This document shows positions 26,267-35,259 of a stretch of 64,000 nt of DNA, in pieces. Position numbers and translations under genes: made by a program. The DNA is from Planctomycetota bacterium (GTDB lineage Bacteria > Planctomycetota > GCA-002687715 > DRQF01), in contig JACKGY010000007.1 of NCBI GenBank assembly GCA_020639295.1, positions 39,760-103,759 of the forward strand, read 5' to 3'. A model generated the notes under the pieces. The model saw only the letters and a program-made list of their open reading frames with translations, did no database searches and was not told the origin of the DNA. Every line of letters starts with the position of its first letter. The first letter of the stretch is position 1.

Positions 26267-27676
26267 TCAGTCCTCCACCACGTGGTGGCTGAAGTCGTCG
26301 CGATACTCGGCCCAACGGCCCTCGTCGAAGGCCTCGCCGTCGAGGCAGCTCACCGCGGCGTAGGCCATGGCCAGCGCGTGGTGGGTGTTGTCGTGGGCGA
26401 AGAGACCCTGGCGGCCGTAGGAGAGGAAACGCGGCAGCGACCGCGCCCAGTGATCGAGGGCCTCGAACCAGGGTTCCCAGCCGAGCTGGTAGATCGGATA
26501 GGCCTGCGGCAGGCGGGCGCTGAAGACCGCCACCGGCGGGCGCGCGAGCGGCAGCTCGGTCAGCTCGAGGTCGCGCGCGATCCTCCGCCCCAGCTCCTCG
26601 TCGCTCGCGTTCCAGAGCTCGTCCCCGCGGTCGCAGGGGACCTCGGCGCAGAGCACCGTGCGGTTCTCGGGCTTCGTCCTCACCGCGTAGTTCTTCGGTT
26701 CCGACATCCGCGTCATGGTCAGCTCGGCGCCCGGGAAGTAGTGGGCGTCGAACTCGGTGAACCGCTCCTGGTCGAGTTCGAGATAGACGAGGATCATCGC
26801 GCGGTAGTCGAGCGAGCCCAGCGCCGTCTCGACCTCGTCCGGCAGGCCCTCCCCCATCAGGCGGCCGAGGATGGTGAGCGGGATCGTCGACCAGAGGCGA
26901 TCGAAGTCCTCGACCCGCTCCTCACCGTCCCGTCGGGACCGGACGCGCCAGCCGGCGGGGAGCCGCTCGAGCCCGACGACCTCGGTCGCCAGACGGATCT
27001 CGGCGCCGAGCTCCGCCGCCCGGGCGGCGTAGGCCTCGCTGATCTGACCGAAGCCGCCACGCGGGTAGAAGAAGCGGCCGGCTCCCTTGGGCCTCAGGCC
27101 GGGGACCTGACCGAGGATCTTCCGGATCAGCTTGGCGAAGGAGCCGGAGGCCACACGACGCCTGGCCTGGATCGCCCCCATCGCCTCCGGTTCGAGGCCC
27201 CAGATCTTGCGGGCGTAGGGGAAGTAGAAATGCTCGCAGATGGTCGGGCCGAGATTCGCCTCCAGCACCGAGGCGAAGGTCGCGCCCTCGTCCTTACGTC
27301 CCGGCAGGACCTTCCGGAACATGTCGCGGAAGGTGCCGATGGTGAAGCGCTTGTCGAGATGGAAGAGCAGATCGACCGGCTTCAGCGGGAAGTGGACCCA
27401 CTTGCCGAGCAGCCGGATGCGACCATGCCGCGGGCGATCGAGCAGGTCGGCACCGAGGAGACTCTCGATGTCCCGCATCACCTCCTCGGCGCAGGACGGA
27501 TGCAGACGGTGACTGCCGTAGTCGAGGACGTGCCCGCCACGCTCGAAGCTGCCGGCGTTGCCGCCGAGCCGGTCGTTGCGCTCGAAGAGGACGACCTCCG
27601 CCTTGTTCTCCGCGCGCAGCTTGTAGGCGGCGCCGCAGCCCGCGGGGCCACCGCCGAGGATCGCGATCCGGCTCAT
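26267..27676 (-). CDS. NAD(P)/FAD-dependent oxidoreductase (amine-oxidase / UGM-like fold), paralog of the 16581..18074 protein.
   Basis: The motifs IAILGGGPAGCGAAYKL and GG..G..D.GSHR are present. Confidence 0.8.
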   Translation of the reverse strand: MSRIAILGGGPAGCGAAYKLRAENKAEVVLFERNDRLGGNAGSFERGGHVLDYGSHRLHPSCAEEVMRDIESLLGADLLDRPRHGRIRLLGKWVHFPLKPVDLLFHLDKRFTIGTFRDMFRKVLPGRKDEGATFASVLEANLGPTICEHFYFPYARKIWGLEPEAMGAIQARRRVASGSFAKLIRKILGQVPGLRPKGAGRFFYPRGGFGQISEAYAARAAELGAEIRLATEVVGLERLPAGWRVRSRRDGEERVEDFDRLWSTIPLTILGRLMGEGLPDEVETALGSLDYRAMILVYLELDQERFTEFDAHYFPGAELTMTRMSEPKNYAVRTKPENRTVLCAEVPCDRGDELWNASDEELGRRIARDLELTELPLARPPVAVFSARLPQAYPIYQLGWEPWFEALDHWARSLPRFLSYGRQGLFAHDNTHHALAMAYAAVSCLDGEAFDEGRWAEYRDDFSHHVVED

Positions 27677-28683
27677 GCCAGGGACTCCTTCCTCTTCGGC
27701 CGGTAGAAGAGCGCCACCAGCGCGTAGGTCGCGGCACTGTAGAGGAGATGGATCTGATGGAAGACGAAGGCGCCGAGGGCGAAGAGCGGCCCGCGGCGCT
27801 GCAGGAAGAAGGCCAGGAGCCCGCCGTTCAGGACCACCGAGAGCGCGATCACCAGGAAGGGCAACACCAGCCAGCGCGCGTCGACGACCGCGATCGGCGA
27901 CAGGGCGAGCAGGGCCAGCAGGACGAGGGGCGCCAGCGCCGCCGCCAGCCGCTGCGACAGCCTGAGGTTCAGGTCGTCGGGCGGTCCCTCGCCCTCGACG
28001 ATCAGCTTCGACCAGGGCAGGGCGCGGCAGAGGACGTCGGTACGGATCACGTCCAGCATGCTCCAGTGCTTGAGGTGGGTCACCTGCAACTCGGGGTCGA
28101 GTCGGGTGGCCCCCAGTTCGCGCAGCCTGAGACCCAGCTCGATGTCCTCCACCATCGGCCGCGGGAAGCGCTCGGCGTCGAAGCCGCCCACGGCCTCGAA
28201 GAAGCTCCGGCGCACCGCGCCGCAGCCGGCCCAGAAGGTGGCGTTCTCGCGCCGGGCGATCTGGTGGGTGTGGTGGTGGCGCAGATTCATGTAGAGCGAG
28301 AAGAAGTTGCGCTCCGGCGGCTCATCGCAGTACGAGCCGGTGAGCGTCGCCAGCGTCTCGTCGCGGAAGGCGGCGCGCACGCGTTCGACCACGTCGTCGG
28401 CCACGACGCAGTCGGAATCGACGAAGAGGACGACCGGTGACCGGACCTGGGCCACGCCGGCGTTGCGCGCCTCCGCGGGCCCGGCCCGGTGGCCGAGCCG
28501 GAGGACGCGGGCGCCCAGCTTCTCGGCCAGCTCCGGCGTGCCGTCGTCGGAGCCGGGATCGACGACCAGGACCTCGGCCAGTCCCTCCTGGGCCATGACC
28601 CGTCCGAGCGAGCGGTCGAGATGGCGCGCGGCGTTGTAGGCCGGCATCACCAGGGCGATGTCGGGGCCAGGGGCTTCGATCAC
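27673..28683 (-). CDS. GT2 glycosyltransferase with a C-terminal membrane anchor.
   Basis: The motifs ..[14 protein letters not shown].. and ..[10 protein letters not shown].. (DxD) are present, and the C-terminus has transmembrane helices. The ATGA overlaps the downstream FAD oxidoreductase gene. Confidence 0.8.
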   Translation of the reverse strand: MIEAPGPDIALVMPAYNAARHLDRSLGRVMAQEGLAEVLVVDPGSDDGTPELAEKLGARVLRLGHRAGPAEARNAGVAQVRSPVVLFVDSDCVVADDVVERVRAAFRDETLATLTGSYCDEPPERNFFSLYMNLRHHHTHQIARRENATFWAGCGAVRRSFFEAVGGFDAERFPRPMVEDIELGLRLRELGATRLDPELQVTHLKHWSMLDVIRTDVLCRALPWSKLIVEGEGPPDDLNLRLSQRLAAALAPLVLLALLALSPIAVVDARWLVLPFLVIALSVVLNGGLLAFFLQRRGPLFALGAFVFHQIHLLYSAATYALVALFYRPKRKESLA

Positions 28684-29666
28684 GACGCCGTTCCGGTGTC
28701 CAGGTGGTCGCGATACCAGTCGATGGCCGCGATCAGGCCCTCGTCCAGGCTGAAGCGCGGCCGCCAGCCGAGGACGTCGCGGGCGCGCCGGCAGTCGAGG
28801 TACTGGCGCCGGATCTCGCGTGAGGCCTCGTTCAGGATCATCGGCTGCAGCTCCGTTCGCCCCATCAGGGCGAGGATGCGACCGACCACCTGGAGCACGT
28901 CGAGCGGCTCCTCGTTGCCGAAGTTGAAGGCGCGGCCGCAGACGTCGACGTGAGGCATCGCCTCGGCGAGCCGGAGGTAGGCCTCGGCGGCGTCGCGCAC
29001 GTAGAAGTAGTCGCGGATGTAGCGACCGTCGCTGCGGATCACCGGGCGCTCGCCGCGCAGGGCCGAGACGATCGTCCCGGGGATCAGCCGGTTGAAGTTG
29101 AGATCGCCGCCGCCGAAGAGGTTGCCGCAGCGGGTGATCGCCACCGGCAGGCCGTAGCTCCGGGCGTAGCTGATCGAGATCAGGTCGGCGCAGGACTTGG
29201 ACACGTCGTAGGGGAAGCGCCCCTGCAGCGGCGCGTCCTCGGTGTAGGGCAGCCGATCGTGCTCGCCGTAGGCCTTGTCGCTCGAGGCGACGACGATCCG
29301 CCGCACCAGCCCGCCGGCCCGCATCGCGGCCTCGAGCAGGTTCCAGGTGCCGCGCACGTTCGACTCGAAGGTGGAAAGCGGCGACCGGTTGGCGGTGCCG
29401 ACGATGGTCTGCGCGCCGAGATGGAAGACGCTGGCCACCTCGTGCTCGTTGAGCGCGCGCACGAGCAGCTCGAGGTCGCCGAGCTCGCCGCGGACGACGG
29501 TGCAGCGGCCGAGGCCGCCGGAACGCACCAGCTCGCTGTCCGGAACCCAGTCGCGGACCAGGACCACGGGCTTCGCGCCGCGGGCGAGGAGCTCGGCCAC
29601 CAGGGTCGAGCCGAGGAGGCCGGTCGCGCCGGTGACGAACACGGATTGATCACGCCAGTCGAACAT
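28680..29666 (-). CDS. rfbG: CDP-glucose 4,6-dehydratase.
   Basis: The motifs ..[27 protein letters not shown].. and ..[10 protein letters not shown].. (Yx3K) are present. The start is set at MFDW, and the ATGA overlaps the rfbF stop. Confidence 0.8.
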   Translation of the reverse strand: MFDWRDQSVFVTGATGLLGSTLVAELLARGAKPVVLVRDWVPDSELVRSGGLGRCTVVRGELGDLELLVRALNEHEVASVFHLGAQTIVGTANRSPLSTFESNVRGTWNLLEAAMRAGGLVRRIVVASSDKAYGEHDRLPYTEDAPLQGRFPYDVSKSCADLISISYARSYGLPVAITRCGNLFGGGDLNFNRLIPGTIVSALRGERPVIRSDGRYIRDYFYVRDAAEAYLRLAEAMPHVDVCGRAFNFGNEEPLDVLQVVGRILALMGRTELQPMILNEASREIRRQYLDCRRARDVLGWRPRFSLDEGLIAAIDWYRDHLDTGTAS

Positions 29667-30460
29667 CACCAGACCTTCCAGGGCGCCTTGCCCTCGTCCC
29701 ACATGCGGTTCAGGGCCAGCGCCTCCTTGTAGGTGTCCATCGAGTACCAGAAGCCGTCGTGCTGGTAGAGGGCCAGCTCGCGATCGCCGGCCAGCCGCTC
29801 CATGGGGCCGGTCTCGAGGATGCAGTCGAGCTCGTCGCCGACGTAGTCGAAGATCCGCCGGTTCATGACGAAGAAACCGCCGCTGGTCATCTCGGCCATG
29901 ACCGGCTTCTCGACGAAGTAGTCGACGATGCCGTCGCCGGCGGCCCGGACGATGCCGAAGCGCGACCGAGGATGGAAGCCGGTCAGGGTCGCCACCTTGC
30001 CCTTGGCGCGATGGAAGGCGACCAGCGCGTCGAGATCGATGTCGGAGAGGCCGTCGCAGTAGTTGAACAGGAAGGTCTCGCCGTCGATCGCGTGCCGCGC
30101 GCGCGAGAGCCGGGCGCCGGTCTGGGTGGTGGCGCCGGTCTCGACGAAGCTGATCTCCCAGTCCTCGACCTCGTCCCGTTCGCTGCGGATGCGCTTGCGA
30201 TCACCGGTCTTCAGATCGAGGACGAAGTCGAAGTCGCGCCAACGGTAGTCGAGGAAGTAGTCCTTGATCATCTCCCCCTTGTAGCCGAGGCAGAGCACGA
30301 AGCGCCGGTAGCCCCAGTGATGGTAGCTGCGCATCAGGTGCCAGAGGATCGGCCGGCCGCCGATCTCGACCAGGGCCTTGGGCTTGAACTCGGTCTCCTG
30401 GCGGAGGCGCGTGCCTTCGCCGCCGCAGAGGATGACGACCTGTTCCTCCTTGAGCTTCAT
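29666..30460 (-). CDS. rfbF: Glucose-1-phosphate cytidylyltransferase.
   Basis: The motifs ..[36 protein letters not shown].. and ..GGFFVMN.. are typical of the RfbF/DdhA family. Confidence 0.85.
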   Translation of the reverse strand: MKLKEEQVVILCGGEGTRLRQETEFKPKALVEIGGRPILWHLMRSYHHWGYRRFVLCLGYKGEMIKDYFLDYRWRDFDFVLDLKTGDRKRIRSERDEVEDWEISFVETGATTQTGARLSRARHAIDGETFLFNYCDGLSDIDLDALVAFHRAKGKVATLTGFHPRSRFGIVRAAGDGIVDYFVEKPVMAEMTSGGFFVMNRRIFDYVGDELDCILETGPMERLAGDRELALYQHDGFWYSMDTYKEALALNRMWDEGKAPWKVW

Positions 30461-31707
30461 GCAAGGACTCTCGGTTGGGGGATCGGCACCAGGAAGCGCC
30501 CGCCGCGCCGCCGGTACTCGGCCTGCTGGTCCATGATCTCTTCGGCCAGATTCCAGGGCAGAATCATGACATAGTCGGGCATCCGCTCCAGGAGCTGGTC
30601 GACCTCCAGGCAGGGAACGTGGCTGCCGGGCAGGAAGCGCCCGGCCTTGAGCGGGTTTCTATCCACCGTGAAGGCGCAGAGCTCCGGGCCGATGCCGCAG
30701 TAGTTGAGCAGGGTGTTGCCCTTGGCGGGCGCGCCGTAGGCGGCGACCACCTTGCCCTCGAGCCGGGCCTCGAGCAGCAACGCGCACAGGGCCTCGCGGT
30801 TCGCGGCCACGTCGGCGGCGAAGCGGCGGTAACGATCGAGATCGAGCAGGCCGGCCGCCCGTTCGGCGGCGATCCGGGCCAGGACCTCGGGCGCGTGCTC
30901 GCGCCCGGGCCGGGCAATCAGGCGGATGGTGCCGCCGTGGACCGGCTGGTCGATGACCCGCTCGAGACCGAGGCCGGCGCCGGCGAAGATCCGGGCCAGG
31001 GCGGCGACCGAGAAGTAGCTCAGGTGCTCGTGGTAGATGGTGTCGTACTCGAGGCGATCGAGCAGATGGCGCAGTTCCGGCGCCTCGACCACCACGATGC
31101 CCTCCGGCTCCACCAGCCGGCGCATGCCGGCGAGGAAGGCGCGCGGGTCGTCGACGTGCGCGAGCACGTTGTTGGCGGTCGCGACCGCGGCCGGCCCGCG
31201 CTCCGCGCGCAGCTCGGCGGCGACGGTCTCGTCGAAGAAGCGGGCCACGGTGTCGATGCCACGCTCGTTGGCGATCGCGGCCACGTTGGCCGCGGGTTCG
31301 ACGCCGAGCACCCTGGTCCCCCGCGCCTTGAAGGCGGCGAGCAGGCTGCCGTCGTTCGAGGCGATGTCGACCACCAGGTCGTCGGCGCCCAGGCCGTGAT
31401 CGGCGCAGATCTGGCCGGCGTAGGCGTCGAAATGGGCCCGCATCGTGTCCGACATGCCGGTCAGGTAGAGGTAGTGGCCGAAGAGCAGCTCGGGGTCGAC
31501 GACGTCGAGGAGCTGCACCAGGCCGCAGTCCGGGCAGAAGAAGAGCTCGAGGGGAAAGCGCCGTTCACCGGCGAAGTCCGCCTCGCCGGCGAGGAGCGCG
31601 TTGGCCGGCGGCTGGAGACCGAGGTCGAGCACGGCGACCGGCGCGCGGCCGGCGCAGCCGCGGCAGCTCGATCGCCGATGATGATGGCTGGGACTCGCGT
31701 CGCTCAC
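30457..31707 (-). CDS. NDP-hexose C-methyltransferase-like SAM methyltransferase with an N-terminal zinc ribbon.
   Basis: The N-terminal C-x2-C ... C-x2-C pattern (CRGC...CPDC) is followed by a class I methyltransferase core, ..VVDIASNDGSLL... This is the TylC3/C-methyltransferase architecture. Confidence 0.75.
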   Translation of the reverse strand: MSDASPSHHHRRSSCRGCAGRAPVAVLDLGLQPPANALLAGEADFAGERRFPLELFFCPDCGLVQLLDVVDPELLFGHYLYLTGMSDTMRAHFDAYAGQICADHGLGADDLVVDIASNDGSLLAAFKARGTRVLGVEPAANVAAIANERGIDTVARFFDETVAAELRAERGPAAVATANNVLAHVDDPRAFLAGMRRLVEPEGIVVVEAPELRHLLDRLEYDTIYHEHLSYFSVAALARIFAGAGLGLERVIDQPVHGGTIRLIARPGREHAPEVLARIAAERAAGLLDLDRYRRFAADVAANREALCALLLEARLEGKVVAAYGAPAKGNTLLNYCGIGPELCAFTVDRNPLKAGRFLPGSHVPCLEVDQLLERMPDYVMILPWNLAEEIMDQQAEYRRRGGRFLVPIPQPRVLA

Positions 31708-32720
31708 GTCAACTCCTCGTTGAACTCGAGACTGCGCCGGAGACCCTCCTCCAGCGGCAGCTCCGGCCGGCCGCCCAGGGTCGCCTCCAGGCGCCTGGTG
31801 CTGACCGGGTCATGCTCCATCTCCTCCGCGCGCTGCGGCAGGGCGCCGAAGCGGAGATCCTCGGCCGCCAGGCCCAGGAGGCCGGCGGCGGTCCGGCAGA
31901 ACTCGCGCACGCTCTCGAGCCGGCCGCGCGCGACGTTGATCACGCCGCCCGCCGGCCGCTCCGCGACTCCGAGCGCGAGCAGGACCCGCGCGACCTCCTC
32001 GACCTGGCAGAAGTCGCGGCGCTGAAGACCGGCGCTCAGATCGATCGAGCGCCCGGCCCGGGCCGCGGCGACCAGGGCGGGGAGGAGCCGGCCCTCGTGC
32101 TCGCCGGGACCATAGACCGTGAACAGCCTCGCCGTCAAACAGTCGTGGCCCTCCCGTTCCCGCAGCTTCGAGAGCGCGCGGGTCGCGGCCAGCTTGCTCC
32201 GGCCGTAGAGGGTGGTCGCCCGATGCGGGCCCTCCTCGTCGAGATCGCCCCCGACCTCGCCGTACTCCAGCGCCGAGCCGACGTGGACGAGGCGCCCCGC
32301 GCGCCCCATCGCGGCGGCCAGCTCGACCGGAAACTCCTCGTTGAGGCGTCGCGCCAGTCCCTCGTCCCGTTCCGAACGATCGACTCCATAGCCGACGAGG
32401 TTGACCACCAGGTCGAAGGTCTCGCCGGCGAGAACGGTCGCCGCGCTGCCCGCGCGGGCCAGGTCGACGATGCGCTCCTCACCCTCGAGTTCCCAGCGCG
32501 ACCGCAGGGCGGCCAGGGCCGCGGCCGACCGGGCCTGGAGGACGGTGGTGGCGCCGGCGCTCCGCGCCACGCGGGCGACCCAGCGGCCGATGAAGCCGGT
32601 GGCGCCGAGCACGAGCAGACGACGACCGGAAAGCGAGGGTGGCGGGAACATCGCCAAGAGGATAGCGCGGCGGTCGCCGTGAGGGTATCCCCGCCCCTGC
32701 CAGCCACCACGCATCTTCAT
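31704..32720 (-). CDS. NAD-dependent epimerase/dehydratase (SDR; putative CDP-4-keto-6-deoxyhexose reductase/epimerase).
   Basis: The motifs ..RRLLVLGATGFIGRWV.. and ..YGRSKLAA.. (Yx3K) are present. A GGGAG Shine-Dalgarno supports the 32720 start, and 32651 is an alternative start. Confidence 0.75.
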   Translation of the reverse strand: MKMRGGWQGRGYPHGDRRAILLAMFPPPSLSGRRLLVLGATGFIGRWVARVARSAGATTVLQARSAAALAALRSRWELEGEERIVDLARAGSAATVLAGETFDLVVNLVGYGVDRSERDEGLARRLNEEFPVELAAAMGRAGRLVHVGSALEYGEVGGDLDEEGPHRATTLYGRSKLAATRALSKLREREGHDCLTARLFTVYGPGEHEGRLLPALVAAARAGRSIDLSAGLQRRDFCQVEEVARVLLALGVAERPAGGVINVARGRLESVREFCRTAAGLLGLAAEDLRFGALPQRAEEMEHDPVSTRRLEATLGGRPELPLEEGLRRSLEFNEELT

Positions 32721-32791
32721 TCAGGCTCCCCGCTCTGCGACCCCGCGGAACGATCGGTTAAGATCGGCGCCGACGCAGCACGAGGACCCGA

Positions 32792-34399
32792 ATGAAGTTC
32801 CTGGCCTCCCGCAAGCTCCGCATCTTCCTGATCTGCTGGGCCGTCTACACGGTCCACTTCGCCACCAACGTCGTGCGCGAGCACTACCCGGCCTTCAGCC
32901 TGCTCGAGGACGGCGACCTCGAACTCGACGAGTACATGGGCTTCCATCCGGACATCTTCTGGCACCAGAAGACGGTCCCCGGCCCCGACGGCGAGGAGCT
33001 GCTGGTCGAGCACGCCTACGTCGGCAACCAGATCACCGGCTCCCTGCCCGCCCTGATCCCGCTCTTCGTGTTCAGCCCGGTGCTCGACCGGCTGGAGGCC
33101 CGCAGCAAGGCGAAGCTCGCCGGCTCGGACGAGACCCGGCCTGCGGACTTCGACAGCGAGTATCCCAACCGCGTCCGGTTCATGCGGCTGGTGCGCGATC
33201 ACGGCCTGGAGCTGCGCTTCGGGGCCGCGACCGCGATCACCAGCGTCTTCTGCATGGCGCCGATCTGCGCCTGGCTGGTCGCCCTGATGTACGCCTTCCT
33301 GCGCGCGCGCGGCGTCGATCGCCGGCGGGCGACGGGACTGGCCTTCCTCTTCGCCTTCGCGACGCCGCTCTTCTACCGGGCCGCCTATCTCAACCACAAC
33401 GTCTTCCTCACGGTGACGGTCTTCCTGACCTTCCTGCTCACCGCCACGACCAGGGCGGACGCCGCCCTGCCCTCCTGGCGGCTTCTGGGCGCGGGTTTCT
33501 GCGCCGGCCTCGGCGTCGCGCTCGACTACGCCGGCGCCATCCCGCTCCTGGTCCTCTACCTCGGCTGGCTGGTCCGGCGCTGGCGGGTCGCCGGCTTCGG
33601 TCGGGCCTTCGGGCAGAGCCTCTTCTACGTCCTCGGGTCGATCCCCCCGGTGGCCTTCCTCTGCTGGACCCAGCACGCCATGTACGGCGACTGGTTCCAG
33701 CCCGGGCAGAGCCACATGCCCCTGGTCAACTACGCCGACCAGGGCTGGCACGGCATGACCTTGCCGGACCCCGAAATCATCCGCGACAGCCTGATCTCCT
33801 GGGACTACGGCATGTTCAGCTTCGCGCCGCTGCTCGCGCTCGCGCTCCTGCCCCTGTTCTTCTACCGTCGCGAGGGTCGGCTCCTCGGCTCCGGTCAGGC
33901 CCGGACGATCTGGGCCCTCGCCCTCGCCTTCCTGCTCTTCCAGGCGGCCAACCAGTACTCGCGGATGCAGTTCAACACCGGCTTCCGCTACCTGATGCCA
34001 CTCGTCCCCCTGCTCTTCGTCTTCGTCGCCGAGCACCTGCGGCGCCTGCCGCTCTTCCTGGTCTGGCTCCTCGGCCTCGCCGGCGCGTTGCCGGTCTGGG
34101 TGCTGGCGATGGTCCGGTTCACCGCCAACGAGGACCGGCACGCCGTACCCGAGTGCTGGCGCCGGTTCCTCCACGACGGGCTCCAGCTGCCCTGGCTGAA
34201 CACCCTGCGCCAGTCCGTGACCGATCCCGACCACGTCGTCCACTGGCGGGCCTGGCCCTTCCTGATCCTGGCGGCGACCGGGCTCAAGTGCTGGTTCCTG
34301 TGGCGGGCCGGCGCGCGCCACGAGCTGCCGGAGCCGACCAGCGCGCCGGAACCGATCCGCCCCCGGCCGGTCGAGGTGGTCGCGGAACCCGATGCATGA
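32792..34399 (+). CDS. Polytopic membrane protein, GT-C fold glycosyltransferase-like (ArnT/PMT-like).
   Basis: The protein is 535 aa with more than 10 hydrophobic helices. It is adjacent to a polyprenyl-phosphate GT2, which is the ArnC/ArnT-like arrangement. Confidence 0.6.
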   Translation: MKFLASRKLRIFLICWAVYTVHFATNVVREHYPAFSLLEDGDLELDEYMGFHPDIFWHQKTVPGPDGEELLVEHAYVGNQITGSLPALIPLFVFSPVLDRLEARSKAKLAGSDETRPADFDSEYPNRVRFMRLVRDHGLELRFGAATAITSVFCMAPICAWLVALMYAFLRARGVDRRRATGLAFLFAFATPLFYRAAYLNHNVFLTVTVFLTFLLTATTRADAALPSWRLLGAGFCAGLGVALDYAGAIPLLVLYLGWLVRRWRVAGFGRAFGQSLFYVLGSIPPVAFLCWTQHAMYGDWFQPGQSHMPLVNYADQGWHGMTLPDPEIIRDSLISWDYGMFSFAPLLALALLPLFFYRREGRLLGSGQARTIWALALAFLLFQAANQYSRMQFNTGFRYLMPLVPLLFVFVAEHLRRLPLFLVWLLGLAGALPVWVLAMVRFTANEDRHAVPECWRRFLHDGLQLPWLNTLRQSVTDPDHVVHWRAWPFLILAATGLKCWFLWRAGARHELPEPTSAPEPIRPRPVEVVAEPDA

Positions 34400-34472
34400 A
34401 CATCCAGGCTGGTGATCTTGGCATCGGGAATTCGATGCTGATATCGTCTGCAGCGCCGTCCCGAGAACCCCC

Positions 34473-35231
34473 ATGCCGAAGACCGGACCGCTCGTCGAAC
34501 TCGTCGTCCCGACGCTGAACGAAGCCCACGTCATCGAGAAGAGCGTGACGGAGATCCGTCGCTATCTTCACGAGGAGTTCCCGTATCCGGCCCGCATCCT
34601 GGTGGCGGACAACGGCTCCAGGGACGGCACCGCCGACATCGCCCGCAAGCTCGGGGAGACCTGGAGCGACGTGCGGGTCTACCAGCTCGACAAGCGAGGT
34701 CGCGGGCGCGCGCTCCGCGAGGCCTGGACCCACAGCGACGCCGACATCGTCGCCTACACCGACGTCGACATCTCCACCGAACTCCAGGCCCTCGAGCGCA
34801 TCTGCCGCGCCATCGTCGAGGATGGCTACCACCTCGGCACCGGCTCGCGTCTCCTGCGCGAATCCCGGGTGAAGCGCGGACCGAAGCGCGAGTTCATCTC
34901 GCGCAGCTACAACCTGCTGGTCAAGCTGATCCTCCAGACCCACTTCAGCGACGCCCAGTGCGGCTTCAAGGTGCTGAGCCGCGAGGTGGTCGAGAAGGTG
35001 GTGCCGCAGGTGAAGGACAGCGGCTGGTTCTTCGACACCGAACTCCTGGTGCTGGCGGAGAAGCAGGGCTTCCGGATCAAGGACGAGCCGGTCACCTGGA
35101 TCGACGACGACGACAGCCGGGTGAAGATCGTCTCCACCGCCTGGGAGGACGTGAAGGGCCTCTTCCGCGTCCGCCGGACCCTGTGGAGCCCCGGCTTCAG
35201 GCGGAGCCGGGTCGCCCCGGCCACCGCCTGA
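34473..35231 (+). CDS. GT2 polyprenyl-phosphate glycosyltransferase (ArnC/DPM1-like).
   Basis: The motifs ..ELVVPTLNEA.. and ..LVADNGSRDGT.. and ..YTDVDIST.. (DxD) are present. Confidence 0.85.
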   Translation: MPKTGPLVELVVPTLNEAHVIEKSVTEIRRYLHEEFPYPARILVADNGSRDGTADIARKLGETWSDVRVYQLDKRGRGRALREAWTHSDADIVAYTDVDISTELQALERICRAIVEDGYHLGTGSRLLRESRVKRGPKREFISRSYNLLVKLILQTHFSDAQCGFKVLSREVVEKVVPQVKDSGWFFDTELLVLAEKQGFRIKDEPVTWIDDDDSRVKIVSTAWEDVKGLFRVRRTLWSPGFRRSRVAPATA

Positions 35232-35259
35232 AACCACCCCGCAACGTACTCGGCCGAAC

